From: Eubacteriales bacterium
GTDB lineage: Bacteria; Bacillota; Clostridia; Oscillospirales; CAG-272
NCBI GenBank assembly: GCA_045532675.1
Contig: JAZSGJ010000101.1
Span: forward strand, 1-55,730
DNA length: 55,730 bases
Direction: 5' to 3'
Shown: piece after piece, positions 29,848-39,543 of the stretch
How positions within the stretch are numbered: the first letter of the stretch is position 1
Layout: every line of letters starts with the position of its first letter
Notes under the pieces: model-generated
Databases searched by the model: none
The model's input: only the letters and a program-made list of their open reading frames with translations
Told to the model about the DNA's origin: nothing
Position numbers and translations under genes: made by a program

Positions 29848-30017
29848 TAAGAATGAAAAATCTTAATAGCACAAATACCGCTTTCAATTTGAAGGCGGTA
29901 TTTTTATAATTATTCTACTTTATTTTTAATAAATTCCTCGAAATCTATTGACAGAATTTAAATATAACCATATTACGAAAAAAAGTAGAAATATTCTTTT
30001 TTTAGCACGAGGTGTTT

Positions 30018-30589
30018 ATGCAAATCAAAAGACAGAGTTATTTGAACAGGCTTATAAATAAAAAAAGAAACGGACTTATTAAGGTTGTAACGGGTGTCAG
30101 ACGTTGTGGTAAGTCCTATTTGCTTTTCAATCTTTTCCACGAGCATCTTTTAGAAGAATGCGTAGACGAATCGCACATTATAGAAATTGCTCTTGATGAC
30201 AGAACTAATATTAAGCTCCGCAACCCCGATAATATGCTTGAATGTGTAAAGGGCAGAAAATATATCAATTCCCCCGCAAAGTATTATTTGAGGACGTTGG
30301 ACTTGTTGAGCATTACGGAAAAGACGAAGAAAGCAAGTCAACGAAGAAGCAGCTTGAGGTTGATTTCGTGGCAACTAAGGGAAGTAAAAAATACTATATC
30401 CAATCGGCATTTTCAATGTCTAATCCCGAAAAGATCGAGCAGGAGTAACGCTCTCTTAAAAGCATAAACGATTCCTTTAAGAAAATTATCGTTGTGCGTG
30501 ATAACATTAAGGTTAGACGAAACGATTACGGCATCGTTACGATGGGAATTTGTAATTTGCTTCTTGACGAGAACAGGTTGAATTTGTGA
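30018..30589 (+). pseudogene. AAA-family ATPase (DUF4143-type) with internal deletions and frameshifts
   Basis: MQIKRQSYLNRLINKKRNGLIKVVTGVRRCGKSYLLF carries a Walker A motif. Three frame changes follow, and the last pieces read ...KYYFEDVGL-like, LEVDFVATKGSKKYYIQSAF and KIIVVRDNIKVRRNDYGIVTMGICNLLL. Total length is about half that of intact family members. Confidence 0.6.
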
Positions 30590-30879
30590 TAAAAATCAGG
30601 GAGATAATTATGAAATACGAATCTTTTTACTCAAATTCCGGTTGAATTAAAAACCTTGAAGGATGAGGTGATAAAATCACTTTTAGGAACAAGTAACTTT
30701 GACAGTAAAATGTTGCAAGTGATAATTTTGCAAAAAGAGGTTGAAATTAAGAGCATTTCAGAAAAAATCGCAGATCAAGAAAAAGAACTTGCAATACTGA
30801 ATGAGACAAAGCAACACGCCTTTTATTTGAATATCAAAATGGATATGCAAAAAATCCCCCTACATCAGAGGAAATCTCT

Positions 30880-31075
30880 AACGTAGGGGATGTAAAGTGG
30901 GTATCGTTAGTAAAGTTAATGCTGTGCAGGATCAGGCATTTGCTAATTGTGGGAAACTTAAACAATCACATTGGGAAGTAATTTAAAATCGCTGTTCTCA
31001 TCTGCGTTTTATAAATGATATTCATTGAAGGGGGTAATTATCCCTGATGCATTAAAAAGGTTGAGAGCTAAAATT
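30880..31075 (+). pseudogene. Second BspA-type LRR fragment
   Basis: AFANCGKLK is followed, after a frame shift, by TITLGSNLKSLFSSAFYK, a stop, and YSLKGVIIPDALKRL. Confidence 0.5.
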
Positions 31076-31085
31076 TTGATTTTTG

Positions 31086-32390
31086 TTATTCCATAATCAT
31101 CTTGTAAATCAGTTTCTGTTTATCGGGGGCTGTGTCGGTGAATGAAAGCGCGCTTAAAAACAAGTTTTCAGAGTTGCGTAGAGCGCTTTCGTTGTTTGTA
31201 AAAAGCGTTGCAAGAATGTCTCCCACGTAAATTCTGTCACCCGACTTTTTGTTAAGAATAATACCTGCGGTATAATCAATTTTGTCCTCTTTTGTTTTTC
31301 TTCCGGCGCCAAGCTCCATGGCGGAGAGGCCTATTGCCTCGGCATTCATCTTTGAGATATAGCCGTTTCGGGTGGCAATGATTTTGTGTTTAAATGAAGC
31401 TTTAGGGAAGAGGTCGATGTCGTCTACAAGCTTTGCTTCGCCGCCTTGGGCAGCAATCCACTCCTTGAATTTAATAAGAGCGTCGCCGCTGAAAAGAGCT
31501 TCTTTCGCCTTTTTCTTTGCGTCTTCATAGGAGATTTGAAGGGATAAAGCTGCCATTGCGGCTGCAAGAGATATGGATATTTCAGTAAGGTCGGACGGAC
31601 CGTTTCCTCGCAAGGTTTCAATAGCTTCCTTTACCTCGAGTATATTACCTATTCCATATCCGAGAGGAATGTCCATATTCGTTATCAGCGCGGCTGTTTT
31701 TCTTCCGCACATATTACCGATGCTCACCATGTTTGAAGCAAGAATTTCGGCATCTGCCGGAGTTTTTACGAATGCACCCGAGCCGCATTTTACGTCAAGC
31801 ACAATTGAGTGCGCGCCTGACGGAAGTTTTTTTCCCATTATTGATGAGGTAATAAGCGGAATTGAATCGACCGTTGCGGTCACGTCGCGTAATGCGTACA
31901 GTTTTTTATCTGCGGGAGCAAGATTGCCGCTCTGGCTTATAACAGCAACGCCGATATCTCTGACCTGCTTTCTGAAATCATCCTTAGATATATCCACTCT
32001 GTATCCGGGGAAGGATTCGAGCTTGTCGATTGTTCCTCCGGTGTGACCGAGTCCGCGTCCGCTCATTTTAGCAACCTTGCACCCGAGAACGGCTGCAAGA
32101 GGGGCAACGATAAGAGTTGTCTTGTCACCGACACCACCTGTTGAATGTTTGTCAGCGGATAGATTCTCAAATTCTGAAAGGTCTACGCTATCACCGGAAT
32201 TTGCGATAGCATCTGTAAGAACGTAGGTTTCTTCCTTGCTCATACCGTTAAGACATATTGACATAAGAAGCGCGGACACTTGATAGTCGGGAATTTTTCC
32301 ATCGGTATATTCCGATATAAAAAATCTTATCTCCTCTTCGGTGAGTGCTTCGCCTCTTTTTTTCTTGTTAATTAAGTCGTACATTCTCAT
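31086..32390 (-). CDS. pdp: Pyrimidine-nucleoside (thymidine) phosphorylase
   Basis: Motifs HSTGGVGDKT and GRGLGHTGGT; 434 aa. Confidence 0.93.
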   Translation of the reverse strand: MRMYDLINKKKRGEALTEEEIRFFISEYTDGKIPDYQVSALLMSICLNGMSKEETYVLTDAIANSGDSVDLSEFENLSADKHSTGGVGDKTTLIVAPLAAVLGCKVAKMSGRGLGHTGGTIDKLESFPGYRVDISKDDFRKQVRDIGVAVISQSGNLAPADKKLYALRDVTATVDSIPLITSSIMGKKLPSGAHSIVLDVKCGSGAFVKTPADAEILASNMVSIGNMCGRKTAALITNMDIPLGYGIGNILEVKEAIETLRGNGPSDLTEISISLAAAMAALSLQISYEDAKKKAKEALFSGDALIKFKEWIAAQGGEAKLVDDIDLFPKASFKHKIIATRNGYISKMNAEAIGLSAMELGAGRKTKEDKIDYTAGIILNKKSGDRIYVGDILATLFTNNESALRNSENLFLSALSFTDTAPDKQKLIYKMIME

Positions 32391-32791
32391 TTTATATAAT
32401 CCTTATTAAATCCGGAGGGTAAAAGCTCGGAAAAAGAAAACACCTGATTTTCGGAAAGAATCACCTTGAAATCACCCGAGCAGAATTCTGCCATGACCTG
32501 TCTGCAAACTCCGCACGGAGGGAATGACTCATTCGGTGCTTTGCAGTTTGCGCCTCCGGCAATTGCAATTGCTTCAAATTCACGCTCTCCCGCATTTATT
32601 GCGGAAAAGAACGCAACTCTTTCGGCGCACACGGATGGGGAAAAAGCTGAGTTTTCAATGTTGGTGCCTGTGTATATTTTTCCGGACCTTGCAAGCAGCG
32701 CCGCTCCGACGGAAATGCTTGAATATGGGCAGTATGATTTTTCTCGTGCTTCGCACGCAAGGCTGTATAGCTCTTTTTCTGAAACTTTCAT
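32387..32791 (-). CDS. cdd: Cytidine deaminase
   Basis: Zinc motifs CAERVA and PCGVCRQV; 134 aa. Confidence 0.93.
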   Translation of the reverse strand: MKVSEKELYSLACEAREKSYCPYSSISVGAALLARSGKIYTGTNIENSAFSPSVCAERVAFFSAINAGEREFEAIAIAGGANCKAPNESFPPCGVCRQVMAEFCSGDFKVILSENQVFSFSELLPSGFNKDYIK

Positions 32792-33954
32792 TTTAATATA
32801 TCCTTGCTTATAATTTCACACGCATCGGGTGTGAAGTTTATGTTAAGCATATCGCATACGGTTTTTGCTACCGTACCGAAGCTTTCGAGTGTTCCAAGAT
32901 TTTGCGGCTTGACTTTATCTCCGAAGATTAAGAGAGGGACGTATTCTCTTGTATGGTCTGTGGAATTATCCGATGGGTCGCATCCGTGATCTGCTGTGAT
33001 GATAAGAACGTCTTCGTCGCTGATTTTTTCTATAAATTCTCCGAGCCATGTGTCAAATTCGTTAAGCGCGTTAGCGTAGCCCACAGCATCCTGCCTGTGA
33101 CCGTAGCTCGAATCAAAGTCAACGAGGTTTATGAAAGCAAGTCCCGAAAAGTCCTTTTTCAAGAGCTTTGACGTTATCTTCATTCCTTCCTTATTTCCGT
33201 GAGAAATAATTGCTTCTGTTATACCGCATCCTGCAAAAATGTCTCTTATTTTTCCAACAGAAATGACGTCAAGTCCCGAGTTCTTTATAACGTCAAGCAT
33301 AGTTTTTTTAGGCGGCTCAATGGAAAAATCGCGCCTGTTTGCCGTTCTTACGTAATTTCCGTTATTACCGATAAACGGTCGCGCGATAACTCTTCCGACC
33401 GAGTGCTCTCCGACGAGTATTTTTCTTGCAGCGAAGCAGTATTCATATAATTTTTCAAGGTTAACCTTTTTCTCGTGTGCGGCTATCTGAAAAACGCTGT
33501 CCGCAGAGGTATAAACGATAAGGTCTCCGCTTTCCTCGTGCATAACTCCGTAATCTTTTATAACTTCTGTTCCCGAATATGGCTTGTTGCAAAGTGCCTT
33601 TTTACCCGTAGCCTTTTCAAATGCATCGATTATTTCCTCGGGAAAACCGTTGGGATAGGTTCTGAGAGGATTGTTTGAAACTATTCCTGCAATTTCCCAA
33701 TGACCGATTGTGGTGTCTTTTCCCGCGCTGAGCTCTGTGAGTCTCGCTACTGCGGCAAGAGGTGACTCTGTTCCTTTTATAAAGTCTATGCCGTCAATAT
33801 TTCCAAGTCCCAATTTTTCAAGATTTGGAAGATTTAAAAATCCGGTGTTATGAACGCTCCTCAGTGTGTTTGCTCCTTCGTCGCCGAAACTTTTTGAATC
33901 GGGCGCCTCACCGATTCCAAGCGAATCAAGTATTATCAAAAATATTCTTTTCAT
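32788..33954 (-). CDS. deoB: Phosphopentomutase
   Basis: Motifs GKDTTIGHWEIAG and ADHGCDP; 388 aa. Confidence 0.93.
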   Translation of the reverse strand: MKRIFLIILDSLGIGEAPDSKSFGDEGANTLRSVHNTGFLNLPNLEKLGLGNIDGIDFIKGTESPLAAVARLTELSAGKDTTIGHWEIAGIVSNNPLRTYPNGFPEEIIDAFEKATGKKALCNKPYSGTEVIKDYGVMHEESGDLIVYTSADSVFQIAAHEKKVNLEKLYEYCFAARKILVGEHSVGRVIARPFIGNNGNYVRTANRRDFSIEPPKKTMLDVIKNSGLDVISVGKIRDIFAGCGITEAIISHGNKEGMKITSKLLKKDFSGLAFINLVDFDSSYGHRQDAVGYANALNEFDTWLGEFIEKISDEDVLIITADHGCDPSDNSTDHTREYVPLLIFGDKVKPQNLGTLESFGTVAKTVCDMLNINFTPDACEIISKDILK

Positions 33955-33970
33955 TTTTTACCGTTTAAAA

Positions 33971-34693
33971 TTAAAGCCTTATAGCGGTGTTTAACGCGAT
34001 TTCCATCATTTCAGTGAATGAGTTTTGTCTTGCTTCGGAGCTGAGTGATTCACCTGTCAGCAGATGGTCGGAAACAGTACAGATGGCAAGTGCGGATTTT
34101 CTTGCGTAAGCCGCATTCATGTAAAGCGCCGCCGTTTCCATTTCAACGCCGAGTATACCGAGCTTCTCCCATTTTTTTTGTGCATCGGGATTTGCGTTAT
34201 AAAAAATATCGGAAGAAAGAAGATTTCCAACAGCGTATCTTGCGCCTATTCTTTCGGCTTCTTCAATTGCGATTTTCATCATTTTGTAGTCGGCAATAGG
34301 TGCAAATGTTCCTTCGAGGTTATACTGAACGGCAAAATTCGTAGTTGTTGACGCACCCATACCGATAATTATATCGCGCACCTTTACCTTTTCAGACATT
34401 GCGCCAACGGAGCCTATTCTCATTATATTTTCGACACCGAAGAAATTATAAAGTTCATATGAATATATGCCTATTGATGGCATTCCCATGCCACTTGCCA
34501 TAACTGAGACGCGCTCTCCCTTGTATGTCCCGGTATATCCCTGTATTCCTCGTACGTTGTTTATAAGCTTTGCGTTTTCAAGATAATTCTTTGCAATAAA
34601 CTGCGAGCGCAGAGGATCACCCGGCATAAGCACGGTTTTTGCGAAGTCCTCTGGAGATGCGTTTATATGCGGTGTAGGATAGTTTTTGTTCAT
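33971..34693 (-). CDS. deoD: Purine nucleoside phosphorylase, DeoD type
   Basis: TPHINA...VLMPGDPLR...GTYKG aligns with E. coli DeoD from its N-terminus. ATG 34693 is preferred over the TTG at 34723. Confidence 0.92.
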   Translation of the reverse strand: MNKNYPTPHINASPEDFAKTVLMPGDPLRSQFIAKNYLENAKLINNVRGIQGYTGTYKGERVSVMASGMGMPSIGIYSYELYNFFGVENIMRIGSVGAMSEKVKVRDIIIGMGASTTTNFAVQYNLEGTFAPIADYKMMKIAIEEAERIGARYAVGNLLSSDIFYNANPDAQKKWEKLGILGVEMETAALYMNAAYARKSALAICTVSDHLLTGESLSSEARQNSFTEMMEIALNTAIRL

Positions 34694-34719
34694 AACAGCG
34701 TCCTTTCTTGACTTCGGTT

Positions 34720-35385
34720 TCAATAACCTGATCCGTTTTCGTTCTTTACTATTTTTACAATTCTGCTTGTTCCGAGTCTTGATGCACCAAGCTTTATGAA
34801 GTTTTCCGCATCCTCGAGGGACGATATTCCTCCGGCGGCTTTGATTTTTACGTTTCCGCCAATATGCTTTGTGAAAAGCGAAATGTCATCAGCGGTTGCG
34901 CCTCCCGTAGAAAAGCCGGTGGACGTCTTTATATAATCCGCTCCCGCAAGAGCAACCGCCTCACACATTTTAATCTTTTCTTCATCGGTAAGAAGGCAGG
35001 TTTCGATTATAACCTTAAGAATTTTGTCGCCGCAAGCAGATTTTAGAATTTTTATTTCGTCACATACCGCGTCGTAATGTCCTGCTTTAACCTCGCCGAT
35101 ATTAACGACCATGTCTATCTCGTCGGCTCCTGCGGACAGCACGTCCTGCGTTTCAAACAGTTTCGTTTTAGTTGTTGAGTAACCGTTTGGAAAGCCTATG
35201 ACAGTACATATTTTAATCTTTCCATCGGCATAGTTTGAAGCTCTTTTAACAAAGCTCGGGGGAATACATACCGAAGCTGTTGAATATTTTATTCCATCAT
35301 CTATTGTCGCTTTTATATCTTCCCACGTTGCAGTTTGGGAAAGAAGTGTGTGGTCGCATTTTGAGAGTATTTCTTTTACGTTCAT
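34720..35385 (-). CDS. deoC: Deoxyribose-phosphate aldolase
   Basis: CDHTLL, the Schiff-base Lys region DYIKTSTGF and KIKAAGGI are present. ATG 35385 sits directly after the tdk stop. Confidence 0.92.
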   Translation of the reverse strand: MNVKEILSKCDHTLLSQTATWEDIKATIDDGIKYSTASVCIPPSFVKRASNYADGKIKICTVIGFPNGYSTTKTKLFETQDVLSAGADEIDMVVNIGEVKAGHYDAVCDEIKILKSACGDKILKVIIETCLLTDEEKIKMCEAVALAGADYIKTSTGFSTGGATADDISLFTKHIGGNVKIKAAGGISSLEDAENFIKLGASRLGTSRIVKIVKNENGSGY

Positions 35386-35963
35386 TTTCTTTGCTCCTTT
35401 ATCTTTTTCGTCCAGCATTTGTGGCACATGGCAATATAGGTTTCGTTGCCGCCGAGGAAGACCTGCTCACCCGACGTAACTATATTTCCAAGCTCGTCAA
35501 TTCTTGCGCTGACGGTAGCCTTTGAGCCGCATTCGCAAATCGTTTTGATTTCCGAGAGTGAGTCTGAAATTTCAAGAAGTCTTTTTGAGCCGGGGAACAG
35601 CTTTGTAAGAAAGTCGGTTCTCAGTCCAAAGCAGATAACCGGTATATTAAGCTCGTCAACTATAAGTCTTAGCTCGTCTATCTGTTTTTCGGTGAAAAAC
35701 TGACTCTCGTCGGAAATTATAACGTCGATACCATTTGCTTTGCTTAAAAAAAGATCATATATATTGCTGTTTTTATCTATCGGTTCACAGTTTGAGGAAA
35801 GTCCTATTCTCGAGGTGAGCATATCGCATCCGTCGCGTATGTCCGTTGCCGGCTTGATAAGCCACACCTTCATTCCTCTCTCTTCATAATTGAATTTTGT
35901 TATAAGCGCCTGAGCCGTTTTTGATGAGCCCATAGCACCGTACTTAAAATAAAATTTAGCCAT
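35382..35963 (-). CDS. tdk: Thymidine kinase
   Basis: P-loop GAMGSSKT and zinc cysteines CECG...CHKCW. Confidence 0.93.
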   Translation of the reverse strand: MAKFYFKYGAMGSSKTAQALITKFNYEERGMKVWLIKPATDIRDGCDMLTSRIGLSSNCEPIDKNSNIYDLFLSKANGIDVIISDESQFFTEKQIDELRLIVDELNIPVICFGLRTDFLTKLFPGSKRLLEISDSLSEIKTICECGSKATVSARIDELGNIVTSGEQVFLGGNETYIAMCHKCWTKKIKEQRK

Positions 35964-36148
35964 AATCGCTCCAAAGTTTTATCGATAGAATAAGTATATC
36001 ACAAATCAAATAAAAATAAAAGAGGTAACGGAGAATTTTATTTAATTTAGCAATTTTTAACAAAAAAAGCAAATTTATTTAAAAGGGTGGAAATTTTCCG
36101 AAAAATGTGATACAATATAAAATACGTCTTTACGAAAGGAGCATACCG

Positions 36149-38260
36149 ATGAAGCTTATAATAGCCGAAAAACCAAGTCTTGCAAGAAATATTTGTGCCG
36201 GCATCGGCAAAATGGAGAAGAAAGACGGTTATTTTATAAACGAGAATTATATCGTGAGTTGGGCTTTCGGGCATCTCTTTTCTTTGGCGGATGTTGAAAG
36301 CTACACTAATGCGGAAAGCGGCAGTGGATGGACTCTTGATAACCTGCCGTGTTTCCCTGAAAAATTCAAGTTTGAATTAAGACGCGGGGAAGATAAAAAG
36401 GTAGATTACGGAGTGGAGAAGCAATTTAAGGTGCTTAGGACTCTTTGTAACAGAGAGGACGTTGACACTATTGTAAATGCGGGAGACGCAGACCGCGAGG
36501 GTGAAATTATCGTCCGTCTTTGCGTTGATAACGCTCTTAAAACAGAAAAGCCTAAAAAGCGTCTTTGGCTTCCCGATCAAACTCCCGAAACTGTTAGAGC
36601 GGCGCTTCTTGATATGAAGGACGAATCAGAGTATGACAATCTTGCAAACGAGGGGTACGCCCGTACTTATATTGACTGGCTTTATGGCGTTAATTTAACA
36701 CGGTATGCCACTATCAGAACAGGAAAGCTGCTCAGAGTCGGACGCGTTATAGTTCCTATCGTTCGCGCTATATACGAGCGTGACATGGAGATAAAGAATT
36801 TCAAACCCGAAACGTATTACGTTATACGCTCAAACGAGGAAACAAACGGAGAACGCGTAGAGTTAATAAGCAAACAAAAGTTTACAAAAGACGAGCTTTC
36901 GAAGGCAAATGAGACGTCTTCACTATATAATAATACGGGGGCTGCCGTTGTAAGCGCCGAAAGCAAAAAAGATACCGTCCATCCCGGAAAATTATACTCT
37001 CTTTCAACTCTTCAAAACACCCTCGGAAAAAAATACAAGATGAGTATGAGTGAAAGCCTTAAGATTATACAAAAGCTTTACGAGGACGGTTATCTTACTT
37101 ATCCGAGAACGAATTCAGAATATCTTGCCACGGCGGAAAAGGATAAAATGAAGGCGATAATTTCAAATATTTCAAAGCTTGGATATCCCATTCGCTTCAA
37201 GGATTCAAAATATATTTTCGACGACTCAAAAATAGAATCGCACTCGGCTCTGACTCCTACTTATAAAATTCCGCCTACCGAAAAGCTTTCTGAGAATGAA
37301 AAACAGGTTTATTCAACCGTATTTCGCAGATTTGTGGCTGTTTTTTGCGCAGAGGAATGTATTGCCGAAAAGAGCGAGATTAAGATAAAGGTCGGCGAGC
37401 TTGAGGAGTTTTCTTTAAAAGGAACGGTTATGCTTGAGCCGGGTTGGACTAAATATGACGATTATACGCAAAAGGACAAGTTGCTGCCAAAGCTTGCGGT
37501 TGGGGAAGCGGTAAATATCAAATTTGAGCCTGCCGAAAGACAGACGACTCCGCCGAGACACTATACAATAGAAACTCTTAATAACTACCTAAAAAATCCG
37601 TTTAAGGATGATAAAGCTAAGGCTAAGGAGCTTGAGGAAAGCGGTGAAGTAGACGATGCGGATGATTACCGAGCGATATTCGAGGGACTTGAACTTGGAA
37701 CTGAAGCCACGAGAACGGGTATTATTGATAACGCGAAAAAGAGCGGATATATTAACTTAAAGAAGGACGTTTATACGATTCTTGAGGGCGGTGAATATCT
37801 TGTAGAATCACTTGGAAGACTCTCGATAGATATGGATAAATATAAAACAAGCGAGCTTGGCAAGGCTCTTAAAAGGGTTTTTCGAGGTGAAATGACCGTA
37901 ATGGACAGCGTCTCGCTTGCTGAAGGGGAAATTGCTGAAATATTCAAGCGCGGCGGTTCTGCTCCTGTTCCTTCAAACACAAATACCGGCTCGTACGGTG
38001 AAATCGTCGGAAAATGTCCCGTGTGCGGCAGAAATATAGTTCGTGGAAAAACAAGTTACGGATGCATGGGATATAACGAGGGATGCGAATTCCGCATTGG
38101 AATAAATATATGTAAAAAAATCATACCGGTAAGTGAGGTAAGAAGACTTCTTGAAACCGGCTCGACTGCAAAGCTTAACGGCTTTATCTCTAAGAATGGA
38201 AAACGTTTTGACGGAAAGCTTGTTCTAAAGGACGGAGTGGCGGTTTTCAGCTTTGATTAA
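36149..38260 (+). CDS. topB: DNA topoisomerase III (type IA) with a C-terminal zinc ribbon
   Basis: MKLIIAEKPS at the N-terminus, TOPRIM GDADREGE, active-site YLTYPRTNS, and C-terminal CPVCG...GCMGYNEGCEF. The track ORF starts at 36107. Confidence 0.9.
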   Translation: MKLIIAEKPSLARNICAGIGKMEKKDGYFINENYIVSWAFGHLFSLADVESYTNAESGSGWTLDNLPCFPEKFKFELRRGEDKKVDYGVEKQFKVLRTLCNREDVDTIVNAGDADREGEIIVRLCVDNALKTEKPKKRLWLPDQTPETVRAALLDMKDESEYDNLANEGYARTYIDWLYGVNLTRYATIRTGKLLRVGRVIVPIVRAIYERDMEIKNFKPETYYVIRSNEETNGERVELISKQKFTKDELSKANETSSLYNNTGAAVVSAESKKDTVHPGKLYSLSTLQNTLGKKYKMSMSESLKIIQKLYEDGYLTYPRTNSEYLATAEKDKMKAIISNISKLGYPIRFKDSKYIFDDSKIESHSALTPTYKIPPTEKLSENEKQVYSTVFRRFVAVFCAEECIAEKSEIKIKVGELEEFSLKGTVMLEPGWTKYDDYTQKDKLLPKLAVGEAVNIKFEPAERQTTPPRHYTIETLNNYLKNPFKDDKAKAKELEESGEVDDADDYRAIFEGLELGTEATRTGIIDNAKKSGYINLKKDVYTILEGGEYLVESLGRLSIDMDKYKTSELGKALKRVFRGEMTVMDSVSLAEGEIAEIFKRGGSAPVPSNTNTGSYGEIVGKCPVCGRNIVRGKTSYGCMGYNEGCEFRIGINICKKIIPVSEVRRLLETGSTAKLNGFISKNGKRFDGKLVLKDGVAVFSFD

Positions 38261-38347
38261 GCAGGTTGTAACTCTATTTCGATTTTGGCATAGTATGATA
38301 CTAAGCGGAACAAAATCCGCAATAGTAACTCCCGGAGGAAAACATAC

Positions 38348-38446
38348 ATGAATAACAATTGCTTATGCCATCTCTTTGACGACAACTGCACTTGGATTAT
38401 TATCCTCGCAATCGTTATCGTTTTCTGTTGCTGCTGCAATCATTGA
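38348..38446 (+). CDS. Unannotated 32-aa Cys-rich hydrophobic peptide
   Basis: GGAGGA (38333-38338) is followed by ATG 38348. The peptide is MNNNCLCHLFDDNCTWIIILAIVIVFCCCCNH, ending at TGA 38444-38446, with a terminator at 38494-38525. It is below the 60-aa track cut-off. Confidence 0.5.
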   Translation: MNNNCLCHLFDDNCTWIIILAIVIVFCCCCNH

Positions 38447-38493
38447 TTACAGGAGACATTTAGAGTAGCCGCGGCTCTCCGAATAAGCAAAAA

Positions 38494-38525
38494 ACAGTTG
38501 CGCCACAAGCGCAGCTGTTTTTTTG
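38494..38525 (+). terminator. Rho-independent terminator
   Basis: ACAGTTGCGC, loop CACAA, GCGCAGCTGT, then TTTTTTT. Confidence 0.65.
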
Positions 38526-38584
38526 TAATAAAAATGAAAACATAGCCGTATATTTAAATACAGATTAAATTTGCGGAGGGTTTT

Positions 38585-39055
38585 ATGTTTATATATTCTG
38601 TGCGCGCGTCTACTATACGTTTTTTTTCGGTAATAGCGCTTACTTTAGCCGTCCTTGTCGGTATTCTTGCATTAGGGGGTGACGAAAAGGCATCTGTATT
38701 TGCTGCTTCGTCAAAGGTCGATTTTTCGGGTATAAAAACTAATGAGGATCGGATTGCTTTTATATCCGAGTGCGGCGTTAAAGTGAAAAACGATCCTGTG
38801 GAGACTGTTGAATTCAGAGTGCCCGAAAATTTTGACAGAGTGATTTCGGGATATAATGAGATTCAGAAGTCGCAGGGACTTGACCTTGAAAGATATAAAA
38901 ATAAAAAGGTAACGAGATATACGTATGAGTCGGACGATTATAACGGAAAGGGAGCGTTTGTCAACTTAATCGTGTATAAGGGCACGGTAATTGCATGCGA
39001 CGTTTCTTCAACAGATCCTGACGGATTTATAGAGCCGCTTGTTAAGCTCGGTTAA
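38585..39055 (+). CDS. DUF4830 domain-containing protein
   Basis: An N-terminal TM anchor is followed by KTNEDRIAFISECGVKV...VPENFDRVISGYNEIQKSQGLDLERYKNKKVTRYTY. This matches my recollection of the DUF4830 family common in Clostridia. Confidence 0.65.
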   Translation: MFIYSVRASTIRFFSVIALTLAVLVGILALGGDEKASVFAASSKVDFSGIKTNEDRIAFISECGVKVKNDPVETVEFRVPENFDRVISGYNEIQKSQGLDLERYKNKKVTRYTYESDDYNGKGAFVNLIVYKGTVIACDVSSTDPDGFIEPLVKLG

Positions 39056-39068
39056 ATTTTGATATCGT

Positions 39069-39182
39069 AAAAGGGGCTGTCACATTTGGTAAAACCGAAA
39101 AAGCCGTTTTCGCGGCTCGACGTATTTTTGTACGCCACACGCCACGAAAAGCGACGATTTTTCCTCAAATCTGACTATTCCC
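39069..39182. repeat. Non-coding module bounded by imperfect inverted ends (GGGGCTGTCACATTTGG ... CCTCAAATCTGACTATTCCC)
   Basis: Internal hairpins are present, e.g. CGAAAA-AGCCG-TTTTCG. The left end is about 17/22 identical to the 55081-55102 terminator arm. Confidence 0.4.
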
Positions 39183-39196
39183 TTATCAAACTTTTT

Positions 39197-39240
39197 GGGT
39201 GTCTCAAATTTTGCATTTGAGACACCCCTTTTGTTTGTTT
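39197..39240 (+). terminator. Rho-independent terminator
   Basis: 13-bp stem GGGTGTCTCAAAT / ATTTGAGACACCC, loop TTTGC, then a T-rich tract. Confidence 0.65.
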
Positions 39241-39398
39241 TATTTGTTTTTCTTTGCATTTATTTCTTCTTCGCGCATTAGTTTTAGAATTTTATCGGTT
39301 TCCTCGCATATTGCATTTACGAACAGCTCCTTCAATTCATCAGACCAATTACCCGAGTCAATTTCTTTGATAAATCTTTTTCTTTTTTCAGAGTCCAT
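39240..39398 (-). CDS. Unannotated 52-aa acidic helical protein
   Basis: The minus-strand RBS GCGAGG lies 7 nt before ATG 39398. The protein is MDSEKRKRFIKEIDSGNWSDELKELFVNAICEETDKILKLMREEEINAKKNK, with the stop at 39242-39240. It is divergent from the XRE gene. Confidence 0.45.
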   Translation of the reverse strand: MDSEKRKRFIKEIDSGNWSDELKELFVNAICEETDKILKLMREEEINAKKNK

Positions 39399-39543
39399 TA
39401 TAAACCTCGCATTAAAAAATAATTATTTGTTGTAATTATTATATCATTGCTTATTAAAATAGTCAATTGCTTAAAATAATAAGTGGTTTAAATTTATTAT
39501 ACGTTTTATAATGATATTAATAATATTGTCGGGGTAGTGAACG

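Noticed and set aside
30656-30886. 76-aa ORF with a TTG start in the decayed region
   Set aside because: It has no RBS. It continues from a broken upstream frame (MKYESFYSNSG stop) and lies among pseudogene fragments, so it is likely another remnant. I could not assign a family.
38257-38439. 60-aa minus-strand ORF (MQQQQKTITIARII...)
   Set aside because: It has no RBS, starts inside a terminator-proximal region and overlaps the topB stop. The + strand 32-aa ORF with a GGAGGA RBS explains the region better.
39199-39435. 78-aa + strand ORF
   Set aside because: It starts inside the terminator hairpin and is a Ser/Phe/Leu low-complexity sequence. It is antisense to the better-supported 52-aa minus-strand ORF.
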